Below, piece by piece: positions 24,098 through 37,134 of a stretch of DNA of 64,000 nt. The DNA comes from Mobula hypostoma. Taxonomy: Eukaryota. Location of the stretch: positions 253,148,001 through 253,212,000 of the forward strand of contig NC_086097.1 of NCBI RefSeq assembly GCF_963921235.1. Direction: 5' to 3'. The notes under the pieces are model-generated. The model did no database searches. It was not told where the DNA came from and saw nothing but the letters and a program-made list of their open reading frames with translations. A program made the translations under genes and the position numbers. Each line of letters opens with the position of its first letter. The first letter of the stretch is position 1.

Positions 24098-27000
24098 GCG
24101 TGGGATATCAAGGAGCAGATAGGGAAACAGATCCTGGAAAGGTGTAATAATAACAGAGTTGTCGTGGTGGGAGATTTTAATTTCCCAAATATCGATTGGC
24201 ATCTCCCTCGAGCGAAGGGTTTAGATGGGGTGGAGTTTGTTGGTTGTGTTCAGGAAGGTTTCTTGACACAATATGTAGATAAGCCTACAAGAGGAGAAAC
24301 TGTACTTGATTTGGTATTGGGAAATCAACCTGGTCAGGTGTCTGATCTCTCAGTGGGAGAGCATTTTGGAGATAGTGATCATAATTCTATCTCCTTTACA
24401 ATAGCTTTGGAGAGAGGTAGGAACAGACAAGTTAGAAAAGTGTTTAATTGGAGTAAGGGGAATTATGAGGCTATCAGACAGGAAATTGGAAGCTTAAATT
24501 GGGAACAGGTGTTCTCAGGGAAAAGTACGGAAGAAAAGTGGCAAATGTTCAGGGGATGTTTGTGTGGTGTTCTGCATAGGTACGTTCCAATGAGACAGGG
24601 AAAGAATAGTAAGGTACAGGAACCGTGGTGTACATAAGCTGTAATAAATCTAGTCAAGAAGAAAAGAAAAGCTTACAAAAGGTTCAAAGAGCTAGGTAAT
24701 GTTAGAAATCTAGAAGATCATAAGGAGGAATCAATAAGGAAGGAGCTTAAAAAGGAAATTAGGAGAGCCAGAGGGGGCCATGAGAAGGCCTTGGTGGGCA
24801 GGATTATGATGTTTGTGTAGTCCTCTTTTATTGTCATTTAGTAATGCATGCGTTAAGAAATGATACATTATTTCCTCCAGTGTGATATCACAAAACACAG
24901 GACAAACCAAGACTGAAAAAACTGACAAAACCACATAATTATAACATATAGTTACAACAGTGCAACAATACCATAACTTGATGAAGAAGTCTGTGAGCAC
25001 AGTAAAGTTCAAAGTTTTTCAAATGTCCCACATCTCACGCAGACGGGAGAAGGAAGAAAAACTCTCCCTGCCATGCCAACCACAATTTAACTCTGAGTCA
25101 TCTGAAAACTTCGAGCTTCAATCAGCTCTCCGACACCGAGTACTGAGCGCCATCTCTGTCCGATGATTCGACCTCCTTCTCGGTCGCCAAAAGCAGGCAA
25201 GGCCAGGGATTTTGAAGCCTACCCTCCGAAAGATTCCCGACCACACAGTAACGACAGCAGCGAACGGGCGTTTCAGAAATTTCTTCAGATGTTCCTCTGT
25301 GCTTTCACATCCGTCTCCATCAAATCAGAATTGTCCACGGCCCCTATTTAACAGATACAATATCATTTTCACTGGAGAGCTGCGCACGCCCGGCGCACTG
25401 CCATCTTCTCCTCTCGCCTTAAGGAAAACCCCAAGGCATTCTACAAGTATGTGACCAATCAAGTGTGACAGTGGGAAAGTGTGTATAAAACCAGAGGAAA
25501 TAGCAGGGGTACTTAATGAATACTTTACTTCAGTATTCACTATGGATTGTAGTGATGACTTGCAGTGGACTGAAAAGCTTGAGCATGTAGATATTAAGAA
25601 AGAGGGATGTGTTGGAGCTTTTGGAAAGCATCAAGTTGGATAAGTCATTGGGACGGGATGAGATGTACACCAGGCTACTGTGGGAGGAGATTGCTGAGCC
25701 TCGGGCGATGATCTTTGCATCATCAATGGGGCTGGGAGAGGTTCCGGAGGATTGGAGGGTTGCAGATGTTGTTCCCTTATTCAAGAAAGAGAGTAGGGAT
25801 AGCCCAGGAAATTATAGACCAGTGAGTCTTACTTCAGTGGTTGGTAAGTTGATGGAGAAGATCCTGAGAGGCAGGATTTATGAATATTTGGAGAGGTATG
25901 ATATGATTAGGAATAGTCAGCATGGCTTTGTCATGGGCAGGTCGTGCCTTACCAGCCTGATTGAATTTTTTGAGGATGTGACTAAACACACTGATGAAGG
26001 AAGAGCAGTAGATGTAGTGTATATGGATTTCAGCAAGGCATTTGATAAGGTACCCCATGCAAGGCTTATTGAGAAAGTAAGGAGGCATGGGATCCAAGGG
26101 GACATTGCTTTGTGGATTCAGAACTGGCTTGCCCACAGAAGGCAAAGGGTGGTTGTAGACGGGTCATATTCTGCATGGAGGTCGGTGACCAGTGGTGTGC
26201 CTCAGGGATCTGTTCTGGGACCCTTACTCTTCGTGATTTTTATAAATGACCTGGATGAGGAAGTGGAGGGGATGGGTTAGTAAGTTTGCTGATGACACAA
26301 AGGTTGGGGGTGTTGTGGATAGTGTGGAGGGCTGTCAGAGGTTACAGCGGGACATTGATAGGATGCAAAACTGGGCTGACAAGTGGCAGATGGAGTTCAA
26401 CCCAGATAAGTGTGAAGTGGTTCATTTTGGTATGTCAAATATGATGGCAGAATATTGTATTAATGTTAAGACTCTTGGCAGTGTGGAGGATCAGAGGGAT
26501 CTTGGGGTCCAAGTCCATAGGACGTTCAAAGCAACTGTGCAGGTTGATGCTGTGACTAAGAAGGCATACAGTGTATTGGCCTTCATTAATGATGAAATTG
26601 AATTTAGGAGCCGAGACGTAATGTTGCAGCTATATAGGACCCTGGTGAGATTCCACTTGGAGTACTGTGCTCAGTTCTGGTTGCCTCACTTCAGAAAGGT
26701 TGTGGAAGCCATAGAAAGGGTGCAGAGATTTACAAGGATGTTGCCTGGATTGGGGAGCATGCCTTATGAGAATAGGTTGTGTGAACTCGGCCTTTTCTCC
26801 TTGGAGCGACGGAGGATGAGAGGTGACCTGATAGAGGTGTATAAGATGATAAGATCATTGATCATGTGGATAGTCAGAGGCTTTTTCCCAGGGCTGAAAT
26901 TGTTTCCACAAGAGGGCACAGTTTAAGGTGCTGGGGTGTAGGTACAGAGGTGATGTCAGGGGTAAGTTTTTTACTCAGAGAGTGGTGAGTGCGTGGAATG

Positions 27001-27413
27001 GGCTGCCGGCAACGGTGGTGGAGGCGGATACGATAGGGTCTTTTAAGAGACTTTTGGACAGGTACATGGAGCTTAGAAAAATAGAGGACTATGGGGAAGT
27101 CTAGTAATTTCTAAGATTGGGACATGTTCCGGATCTGGGCCGTACCCTCCAAATATCCGGACCTGCCTCTCGGTTTTTTGCAGTACCTTACTTTCCCTTT
27201 TCTATTTTCTATTTATGATTTATAAATTAAATTGTTAATATTTTCTATTGATTTGTACTCCAGGGAGCATGAAGCGCAGAATCAAATATTGCTGTGATGA
27301 TTGTACCAGTATCAATTGTTTGGCGACAATAAAGTATAAATTATAAAGTAAGTTCGGCACAACTTTGTGGGCCGAAGGGCCTGTATTGTGCTGTAGCTTT
27401 TCTATGTTTCTAC
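24098..27413 (+). mobile_element. CR1 LINE ORF2 (APE + RT), 5'-truncated, relatively young
   Basis: ORFs 24080..24637 (VGDFN, SDHN), 25609..26280 and 26246..26926 (FADDTK); (TTTCTATG)-like tail. Confidence 0.95.
24803..25418 (-). mobile_element. Non-autonomous retroelement (AAGATGGC 5' end; AATAAAAGAGGAC...TAATC 3' end)
   Basis: Near-identical blocks at 60010-60690 (-) and 48020-48240 (+). Confidence 0.8.
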
Positions 27414-28717
27414 GTTCCTCAAATTTCAAAGTGAACTCGATCATATTGTGTTCACTGTGCCCTGAGGGTTCCTTAACCTTAAGCTCTCTTATCACCTCCG
27501 GATCATGCCAACACCCAATCCAGCACAGCTGATTCCCCCAGTGGGCTCAACAACAAGCTGTTATAAAAAAGCCATTCCTTAGACATTCTACAAATTCTCT
27601 CCTGAGCTCCAGTACTGGCCTGGTTTTCCCAATCCACTTTCATGTTAAAATCCCCAACAATTATCATGACATTGCCCTTCTGATACGCCTTTTCTATTTC
27701 ATGCTGTAAATTCTAATCCACATCCCGGCTGCTGTTTGGAGGCCTGTATACAACTGCCATTAGGATTCTTTTACCCTTGCTATTTCTTAACTCAACTCAT
27801 AGAGACTCTACACCTTCCAATCTCTTTCTAATGATTTAATATTATTTCTTATACACAGGGCCACACCACTCCCTCTGGCTACTAACCTATCTTCCCGATA
27901 CACCGTATATCCTTGGACGTTCAGCTCCCAATGACAGCCATCCTTTAGCCAAGTTTCAGAGATGGCCACAACATCATACTTGCCAATCTGTAGCTGAATT
28001 TCAAGATCGTCCATTTTATTTCTTATGCTGCGTGCATTCAAATATAACACTTTCAGTCCAGTATTTGTTGCTTTCTGTTTTAACTGCACCACGCCTCTAT
28101 TGCCCTGTAACTCATCCCCTCCTCCTTCCCTTCCTCCCATGATCCACTCTCCTCTATTAGCGGATTCTTCCTTCTTCAGCCCTTTACCGTTACCACCATC
28201 CCCTCCCTGCATCACCATCTGGTCCAGAGGGGCCACGGCACAGGGTCAGAAATGGCTGCTGAAGCTCGTAAACTCACCAGCTCCATCATGGACACCAGCC
28301 TCCTCAGCATCGAGGCCTCAAAAAGTGTCATCCGTCATTAAAGGCATCCATCACCCTCTTCTCATTTCTACCGTCAGGAAGAGGTACAAGAGCCTGAAGA
28401 CTCACACTCAGTGTTTTAGGAACAGCTTCTTCCCCTCCGCCATCAGATCTGTGAACGGGCAATGAATCCATGAGCACTACTTTACAGTTTTTATTCTCAT
28501 GTATTGCAATGTACTGCTGTCACATAACAACAAATTTCATGCCATGTGCTGGTGATATTAAACCTGATTCTAGGGGTATATGAGAAAAACAATCACAGCA
28601 GCAATAAATTTAAATCCACAAGACCTTCACATTAAAATCGACACAATCTTCCTTCGAGCGGAATGCATGCTAACGTTGTAACGAGAGGCCGAGGTGAGCA
28701 TGGTAAGGAGCCAAGTG

Positions 28718-28836
28718 CTGCGGAAACTGGAAATCCGAGCGACACACACACAAAATGCTGGAGGAACTCAACAGGCCAGGCAGCATCTAGGAAAAGAGTA
28801 CAGTCGATGCTTCAGGCGGAAGCCCTTTGGCAGGAC
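28718..28836 (-). mobile_element. Short Penelope 3'-end insert with a degenerate hammerhead
   Basis: GTCCTGCCAAAGGGCTTCCGCCTGAAGCATCGACTG followed by ...CTGAGTTCCTCCAGCATTTTGTGTGTGT. Confidence 0.75.
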
Positions 28837-29659
28837 AACAAGGTGTGTGTTGCCGTGGATACAATCCTTTTTTTTCATACTGTTCCAAGAGTGGAATTTC
28901 TTTTTCTTCCAGAAAAAGTGAAACTTCTGTCCTTAATTCAAACCAGCGCTTCAAGACTTGTCCTTTCGAAAGCCAGCAAACTTCTGTGTGGTAGAGAAGC
29001 ACTTGATATTCTGCACCCATTTCCTGACAAAATCTTTTAAAAGACTTTTAAAATCAGAGACTTGATCCTAATAAAGTTGATGACTTTTATCACTGTTGAC
29101 AAAACTTCTTTCAGGGCTGTTGGAAGAGTCTTCGTTGCCGGTAGTCTGTGTAAAATCAGAATTGGAGTATTGTGCGCAGTTTTGGTCACCTACCTACAGG
29201 AAAGATATAAATAAGGTTGAAAGAGTGCAGAGAAAATTTACAAGGATGTTGCTGGGTCTGGAGGGCCTGAGTTATAAGGAAAAATTGAGTAGGTTCAGAC
29301 TGTATTTCCTGGAGTGTAGGAGATTGAAGACTGATTTGATGGAGTATATAAATTATGAGTGTATAAATGGGGTAAATGCAAGCAAGATATTTCCACTGAG
29401 GGTAGGTGAGACTACAACGAGAGGTCATGGGCTGAATGGCCTAACTCTGTCCTAGCTCTTATGGTCTAGAAAAACATTAAGAGTTGATGTGGTAACTCAA
29501 ACAGCCACCTTGCTATTTATCTTTCGGAATGTGAAACAGACTTAAATGGGCTGAATGGCCTAATTATGTTGCCAGGGATTATGATCCTATCTGAAGGTGA
29601 AAGTCTCAACTGATAAAGGTAAATTGTACCAGATACAGAGTAAATTTACAAGGATATTG

Positions 29660-32600
29660 CCTCCCGGGTTCCAGGGTCTGGGATATCTCAGATTGAGTCC
29701 ACAGCATTCTTAAATGAGAGGGTGAACAGCCAGAAGTTGTAGTCCATGTCGGTACCAATGACATGGGGAGGACGAATAATTAGTATTTTGCATTGTTCAT
29801 GTAGCACCAGGGTCCTGAAAAACGTTGTCTTGTTTTTACTGTGTACTCTACCAGCAGTTATGGTCGAAATGACAATAAAAATTGACTTGACTTGAATAGG
29901 TTCTGCACAGGGAGTTCAGGGAGTCAGGTGCTAAGTTAATGGGCAGGACCTCCAGAGTTGTGATCTCAGGATTGCTACCTGTGCCACGTGCTAGTGAGGC
30001 CAGAACTAGGAAGATTATACAGATTAACACATGGCTAAGGAGTTGGCGTAGGAGGGAGGGTATAAGATTTTTGGATCAGTGGGCTGTCTTCCAGGAAAGG
30101 TGGGACCTGTACAGAAGGGACCGTTTGCATCTGCGCTGGAAGGGGACTAATATCCCAGCAGGAAGGTTTGTTAATGCTACCCGGTGAGGTTTAAACTAGA
30201 GTTGCAGGCAGATGGGAACCAGAGTGCCAGAGCAGTTGTGGAGAGGTTGTGGAGGCAGATGCTGGTAAGACCTCAGACAAAGTCAGGAATCAAAAGGTTG
30301 TGCGTGGTGCGACTAGTGTCCTGAGCTGCATATATTTCAATTCAGGAAGTACCACAGGAAAGGCAGATATTAGTACAGTACTGAAGATGAGGTAATGAAA
30401 CGGAGACAATGTGCAGTGAGGAGAGGCTGCTTATAGGGTAAAATTGCAGTCAACAATATGAGTTGCAGCATAAAAGGTGGACAAAATTGAAAGGGTGAGT
30501 ACAGCACTGAAGCTGCCATGGATGAATGCGAGCAGTATATGGAATAAGGGAGGTGAATTCGCAGCTCAGTTGCAGATTGGCATGTACGATGTTGTAGGCA
30601 TCACTGAATCATAGCTAAAAGATTATAGCTGGAAGCTTAGTGTCCAAGGATAGACATTGTACAGAAACAATAGGCAGGAAGGAAGAAGAAAAATTGAAAG
30701 CAAACCATTAGAAAGAGGTGACATAGGGTCGGAAGGTGTCGAATCATTGTGGATAGAGCTAAGGAACTGCAAGGGTAAAAAGACCAAGATGTGAGTTGTA
30801 TACAGACCCTTAAACAGAGGTAAGGATGTAGTCTACAAATTACAATGGGGGATAGAAAGTGCTTTCCAAAAGGGCAATGTTACAATAGTCATGGGAGACT
30901 TCAATATGCAAGTAGAACGGTGCTGGATTCCACAGGAGGGGGAGTTTCTAGAGTGCCTACGAGATGGCTGCTTAGAGCAGCTCGTGGCTGAGCCCACTAG
31001 GGATTAGCTATTCTGGACTGGGTGCTGTGCAAAGAACTGGAATTGATTAGAGAGCTTAGGGTAAAAGAACCCTTAGGGGAAAGTGATCATAATATAATTG
31101 AATTCACCCTGATTTTTGAGATGGAGAAACTAAAGTCAGATGTATCAGTATTATAGTGGAGTAAAGGGAATTACAGAGGCATGAGAGAGGAGTTGACCAG
31201 AATTGATTAGGAAAGCCCACAGGCGGGGACAATGGCAGAGCAGCAAAGGCTGGAATTTCTGGAAGCAATTCGGAAGGCTCAGGATAGATACATCCCAAAG
31301 AGGAAGAAGAATTCCAAAGTATTCACTTTAGTCAGAAGGTTGTAAATCTGTGGAATTTGTTGCAATGAGAGGCTGTGGAGGCCAAGTCATTGGGTGCATT
31401 TAAGGCAGAGATAGAAAGGTTATTGATTAGCCAGGGCATCAAAGGGTATGGGGAGAAGGCAGGGGAGTGGGGACGACTGGAAGAATTGGATCAGCCCATG
31501 ATTGAATGTCAGAGCAGACTCGATGGGCCAAATGGCCTACTTCTGCTCCTGTATCTTATGGTCTCATGGTCTAAAGGAAAGATGACACAACCATAGCTAA
31601 CAAGAGAAGGTAAAGCCAACATAAAAGCATTTAATCAAGCCAAAGTCAGTGGGAAGTTGGAGGACTAGGAAGCTTTTAAAAATCATCAGAAGGCAACTAA
31701 GAAGTCATTAAGAAGGTAAGGATGGAATGTGAAAATAAGCTTGCCAATAATTTTAAAGAGGATACCAAAAGTTTCTTCAGATACATAAAGTGTAAAAGAG
31801 AGGCGAGAGTGGATATTAGACCACTGGAAAACAGTGTCAGTAATGGGGGACAATGAAATGACAGAAGAACTGAATAATCTTTGCATCAGTCTTCGCTGTG
31901 GAGGACACGAACAGTATGGTGGAAGTTCCAGGTGTCGGGGGCGTGAAGAGTGTGAAGTTACTATTACTAGAGAGAAGTTCTTGGGAAACTGAAAGCTAAC
32001 AAGCCACCTGGACCAGATGGTGTACGTTGCAGAGTTTTGAAAATGGTGGTTGAAGGGATCGTGGAGGCATCTTTCAAGAATCACGAGGTTCTGGAATGGT
32101 TCTGGAAAACTGGGAAATAGCAAATGTCACTCCAAGAAGGGAGAGAGGCAGAAGAAAGGAAACTATAGGCCAGTTAGTCTGACCTCAGTGGATGAGACGA
32201 TGTTGGAGTCGATTATTAAAGATGAGGTTTCAGGGTACTTGGAGGCTCATGATAAAATAGGCCGTAGTCAGTGTGGTTTCCTCAAGGGAAAATCTTGCCT
32301 GACAAATCTATTGGAATTCTTTGTCGAAATAACAAGCAGGATAGACAAAGCAGAGTTGGGTGATGTTGTGTACTTGGATTTTCAGAAGGCCTTTGACAAA
32401 GTGCCACACATGAGGCTGCTTAACAAGCTATGAGCCCATGGAATTACAGGAAAGAGTCTCGCATGGATAAACAGTGGCTGATTGGCAGGAGGCAAAGAGT
32501 TAAAGTAAAGGGAGCTTTTTCTGAATGGCTGCTGGTGACCAGTTGAGACCGGTTCTTTTTACATTATATGTCAATAATTTGGATGCTTGAATTGATGGTT

Positions 32601-33560
32601 TTTTTTACAAAGTTTGCAGACGGTATGAAAATAAGTGGAAGGGCAGCTAGTTTTGAGAAAGTAGAGAGGCTACAGAGGACTTGCACAGATAAGGAGAATG
32701 GGCAAAGAAATGGCAGATGGAATACAGTGTCAGGAAGTGCATGGTCATGCACCTTAGTAAAAGAAATGAAAGGGTTGACTATTTTATAAATGGAAAGGGT
32801 TGACTATTTTGTAAATGGAGAGAAAATACAAAAAAATGAGGTACAATGGGACTTGGGGGTCCTTGTGCAGGATTCTCTAAACATTAATTTCAGGTTGAGT
32901 CAGAAGGTAACTGCAATGTTAGCATTCATTTCAAGAGGACTAGAATATAAAAGCAAGGATGTAATGTTGAGTCTTTATAAGGCACTGGTGAGGCCTCATT
33001 TGGAATATTGTGAGCATGTTTGGTCTCCTTATCTTACAAAGGATGTACTGTAACTGGAGAGTGTTGTAAGGAAGTTCACAAAAATGATTCCAGGATTGAA
33101 TGACTTGTTATATGAAGAGTGTTCGATGGCTCAGGCCTGTGTTCACTGGAATTCAGAAAAATGGAAGTAACCTTATTGAAACCTATCAAATAGTGAAAGG
33201 CCTTGATAGAGTGGATGTGGAGAGGATGTTTCCTAAGGTGGGAGAGTCTAAGACCAGAGAACACAGCCTCAAAATAGAGGAGCATCCTGTTAGAACAGAG
33301 ATGAGGAGTAATTTCTTCAGCCAGAGAGTGGTGAATCTGTGGAATTTGCTGTCAAAGGCAGCTGTGGAGGCTCAGTCTTTATGTATATGTATGGTGGAGT
33401 TGATAGATTCTTTATTGGTCAGGGATAAAGGGATACAAGGGAGAAGGTAGGGGATTGGGGCTTATCGGAAAATTGGATCAGCCATGATGAAATGGCGGAG
33501 CAGACTCGATTGGCCAAATGGCCTAATTCTGTTCCTATATCTTCTGATCTTATGGTCTTA
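29660..33560 (+). mobile_element. CR1 LINE with an ORF1 SGNH-esterase remnant and decayed ORF2
   Basis: VVVHVGTND (~29735-29762); RVVISGLLPVPRA...YRRDRLHL (29939..30187); downstream APE/RT motifs; nested CR1 tail at 31320-31571. Confidence 0.9.
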
Positions 33561-33569
33561 TACAGTGGA

Positions 33570-34078
33570 CATCAATAAGGTTGAAGGAGTACAGTGAAAA
33601 TTTACAAGGATGATTCCAGGACTTGAGGATCTGGATTATGGGGATAGTTTGAATACATTAGGACTTTATTCCCTGGAGTGTTGAAGATTGAGGGAAGAAA
33701 TAATGGAGGTATACAAAATTATGAGGCATCTAATTAGGGTAAATGAAAGTAGAATTTTTCCACTGAGGTTGGGTGGGACGACAACTAGAGGTCATGGGTT
33801 AAGGGCGAAAGGTGAGAAGTTAAAGGGGAACTTGAGGGGAAACTTCTTCACTCAGAAGATCATGAGAGTGTGGAATGAGCTGCCAGCACAAGTGGTGCAT
33901 GCGAGCTCGATTTCAATGTTTAAGAGAAGTTTGGACAGATATCTGGATGGCAGGGTTATGGAGGGCTATGGTCCTGGTGTATGTCAATGGGAGTAGGCAA
34001 TTTAAATAGTTTGATTTAAATGGACTAGATAGGCCAAAGGGCCTGTTTCTGTGCTGTACTTTTCTATGACTACGAATC
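33570..34078 (+). mobile_element. CR1 3' fragment
   Basis: ORF 33688..33996 TRGHGL...FFTQK..VWNELP. Confidence 0.88.
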
Positions 34079-35838
34079 TAATGAGTGACAGCAACGTGAG
34101 GAGTTTCCTTTTTTCACTAAAGTAGTAAAACCAGATGTATTATCAAGCATCGCAGGAGCTCCATCTGTGCATCGTATGAAGTTTTTCTTTCCAATCAAAG
34201 TTTTGTTTGGCAAAAAAAACTTTTTACCATTTCCAAAATATCAATGACCTTTGTAGTTTCCAAAAAGGATGCACAAGTAAGAATTCTTTGATGGCGTCAG
34301 CATGCGCATAACGAACAAAACCAGGGAGCTGAGAGATGTCTGCAGTTTCATCCAATTGCATACTGAATGGGAATTGTGAAGCTGCCAATTCCTCAATGAC
34401 CTGCTTTAAAATGATTTTTTAAAAATCAACTGTCTTAGAATGTATCATATTATTTGATAAGGGAACCACTTCCAGTTATTTCCTCTGTTGCAACCCACAA
34501 ACCAGCTCGGCCATTTCCAGTGTACATGTCTTTACTAAAGTCTCTCCCAGTGTGGGGCTTCTTTTGTTTGGCAATCTGGTAAGCAACTTTATAGGATGCT
34601 TCAAGAAAACATGTTTGTGAAATGGCAAATCCAAGTGTTCTAACTTTTTCGAATTGAGCTTTCTTTACATGATAAAAACCCACATATTTAGATGCATTTT
34701 CAGATTGGACAGATGTGAGATGCTCTTTCAGTTTTGCTGGCTTCATGCTTCCATTTGCAAGAATTTTTCTGCACAAAAACACTGCGGCTTTTGTGTCCCA
34801 TCAAAGCCATTAATGCAAGTGAATCCATATAATACATAGTTGTCATTACACTTCCATTTCCTCCACATTTCATCTTAAACTAGGTCTGTAAGAATATAAA
34901 TTAGACAAAGCTAAAATAAAATATTTGATTCGATTGACATTTTTTGTAATTCAATATAGTTTTGAGTAACTTGTTTGATAGATCTGCAAAGCAAAAAGTA
35001 GCCGACCAACTATTGTTAAAGAATTGTATGTTAAATGATTGAAATGTAAGATATTCAAGTGATTTGAGTATGCCAAGAAAGTGAAACGAAGCAGGCTTTA
35101 CAATTTATCTGAGTTTTAACACCTTTAATGGCATTTACACTCAAAGATTGCGTCAGTAGCTCAGGCATTGTGTCCTTCCTGGAATTTGGCTATTGTTGCA
35201 CGTGGAGGCGCATGGTATTACAAAAGGCCGCCTGGCCTTAAGGAGAGCTAAGAGTTCTCAGTTGAAGTGTCCAGTTTTGCAAAACCTTAACACACAATAA
35301 CAATGACTCATCTCCTTCCACACATTGGTCAACAAGCAATTGTAGACAGGAAACAGTGGAGGTCAACGTAGCTGTCTGGGTCATGAGCGTGAGACACGCG
35401 ACTTCATCGTTTGGTGGCTGACTGACTTCTACGCACAGGGCTGCCTGATAGTTGGCCCGCTACCTCACACAGGAAGACTGTGATCATGTTCAATCTAGTA
35501 ACGGGTCTAATAACTACCGAAATTTCAAAGTAGCGATGAGCTTGCCATAAATGATATTCTGAGATATTTGTAACAACTATGATGTGATGTGAAAATATAC
35601 GTGATTTCTATCAGTGACAAAGTCACAAGTACTGTTAATACTACTGTGGCTTGTTGCCTACATTCATAATTGAAGGAAATGCTAAATTTCAGTGAGGTCA
35701 GTGAAAATAAAGATATAACATTTTTCCTATCCAAGTTCACAGACACTCTGGAATCTATCCACCGAACCCAGGTTAAGAACCCCTGCTCTAAATATATAAA
35801 ATGAATAAGTAAATAATCGCTGTTTGTGAGCAATTTGT

Positions 35839-36201
35839 GGGTGGCATGATAGCATAGTGGTTAGCACAACACCTTACAGAACAGGTGATCAGGGTTCAAT
35901 TCCCACCACTGCCTGCAAGGAGTTTGTTGTTCTGCCCGTGACCATGTTGGTTTCCTCCGGGTGCTCCAGTTTCCTCCCACAATCCAAAGATGTACTGGTT
36001 GACAGGTTAGTTGGTCATTATAAATTGCCCCGTGATTAGGCTAGGATTAAATTGGGGAATTGCTGGGCAGTGCGGCTCGAAGGAACAGAGCTGGGCACAG
36101 CTCAAATACCAGCTATAAATGTTTCCTACTATACATCTATTGTTGCCAGAATTTCAGGTGGTGACTAGAGGGCGTACCACTGTATCTCAATAATAAATAA
36201 A
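35839..36201 (+). mobile_element. V-SINE (HE1-like) tRNA-derived SINE
   Basis: A box TAGCATAGTGG, B box GGTTCAATTCC, V-domain GGTTTCCTCCGGGTGCTCCAGTTTCCTCCCACA and an (AAAT)n tail. Confidence 0.88.
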
Positions 36202-37134
36202 TTTGTGGACTTCAACATGAATCAGTTAATCAGGTGAACAAGTTCTTTGGAGTTTGAAAATGAACATCAACTACAATCTCACCGATTTGCAATTAAATTG
36301 TGCCTCACGGTTGAGGGGGAGCACCTTGGTGCATTACTGATGTAAACTGATCACTAAGTAACACTAATCCACTTATCAAAATTACTACTCTAATGTGCAA
36401 GCCTTTCTTCCACTTCTCAAAATCCGATAATAGTCTCCTTTGCCTCATACAGAACGCTATGGGCAAACATGTCATGTTCACCACAGTTTGACTAAGACCA
36501 GATACATGCCACTGGCCGTTAAAGGTAAACACTTAAGCCATTTAACCCAGCTGAGCTGTAGTAAATGGACTGAAATGGTCATCTGGCTCATGAATCACTT
36601 AATTGACATGTCAGTAAATACGCATTTTAGTGACAGAACCTGAATGAAGGGAAAGTAATTTTGCATTGGAACAGGGTTGCTGTCTTCACCACACCTGGCA
36701 TAGATTCTCGAGTTCAAATTACTTCTCAAACAAACAAATTTTTCAATAGGTAGAATTCATCGTTTTTTTCCCATTGTTGACTCCTGTACTAAGCTTTAAG
36801 AAATGGAAATTAAAAGCCGCAAAGGTTCCCCTGCTTTAGCAGGTCAGTGGAAAAGCTAACAGTGAAAGAGGAAGGAGATTTGAGGGAGTATTTTCTGCTC
36901 GGCGCACTCTGCAGACTCTGAATTCAATTATGGCCATGTTAATTTGTTACCTCATGAGAGACGTGTTTATTTGAGCTCGCTGGCTGAGGTTGACCCCACA
37001 TTTCACCGCTGCTCTGCTAAGAGTTAGCAAAATTTAGTCGGACATTCATCCCCTTGTTGAGCTTGGGCAGGCAAAATTTCAGCTTAACATGAATTCTAAA
37101 AGACAGAATGTCCAACATCTTCATCAAATGTGTT

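Larger units (their letters stand above)
22063..28115 (-). mobile_element. CR1 ORF2 5' half hosting multiple nested insertions
   Basis: GLKVLYLNARSIRNK (27808..28236), EHNMIEF and QSQHGFLKGK (22034..22228); colinear pieces at 22063-22889, 23897-24097 and 27415-28115. Confidence 0.88.
28575..35785 (-). mobile_element. hAT Buster/Charlie-type DNA transposon, transposase pseudogene split by ~4.9 kb of CR1
   Basis: BED-like CFLC...MKPAKLKEHL, ASYKVAYQIAKQKKPHT, QLDETADIS, CTDGAPAML, VTH|ILHR and LLYHTEVCWLS; TIR CAGGGGTTCTTAACC at 35771-35785. Confidence 0.9.

Noticed and set aside
34450..34782. Domesticated ZBED5/SCAND3-like host gene
   Set aside because: Frameshifts, nested insertions and a retained TIR indicate a dead transposon
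36160..36178. CTCF site GTGACTAGAGGGCGT
   Set aside because: It lacks the 5' CC of the core and lies within a SINE 3' region
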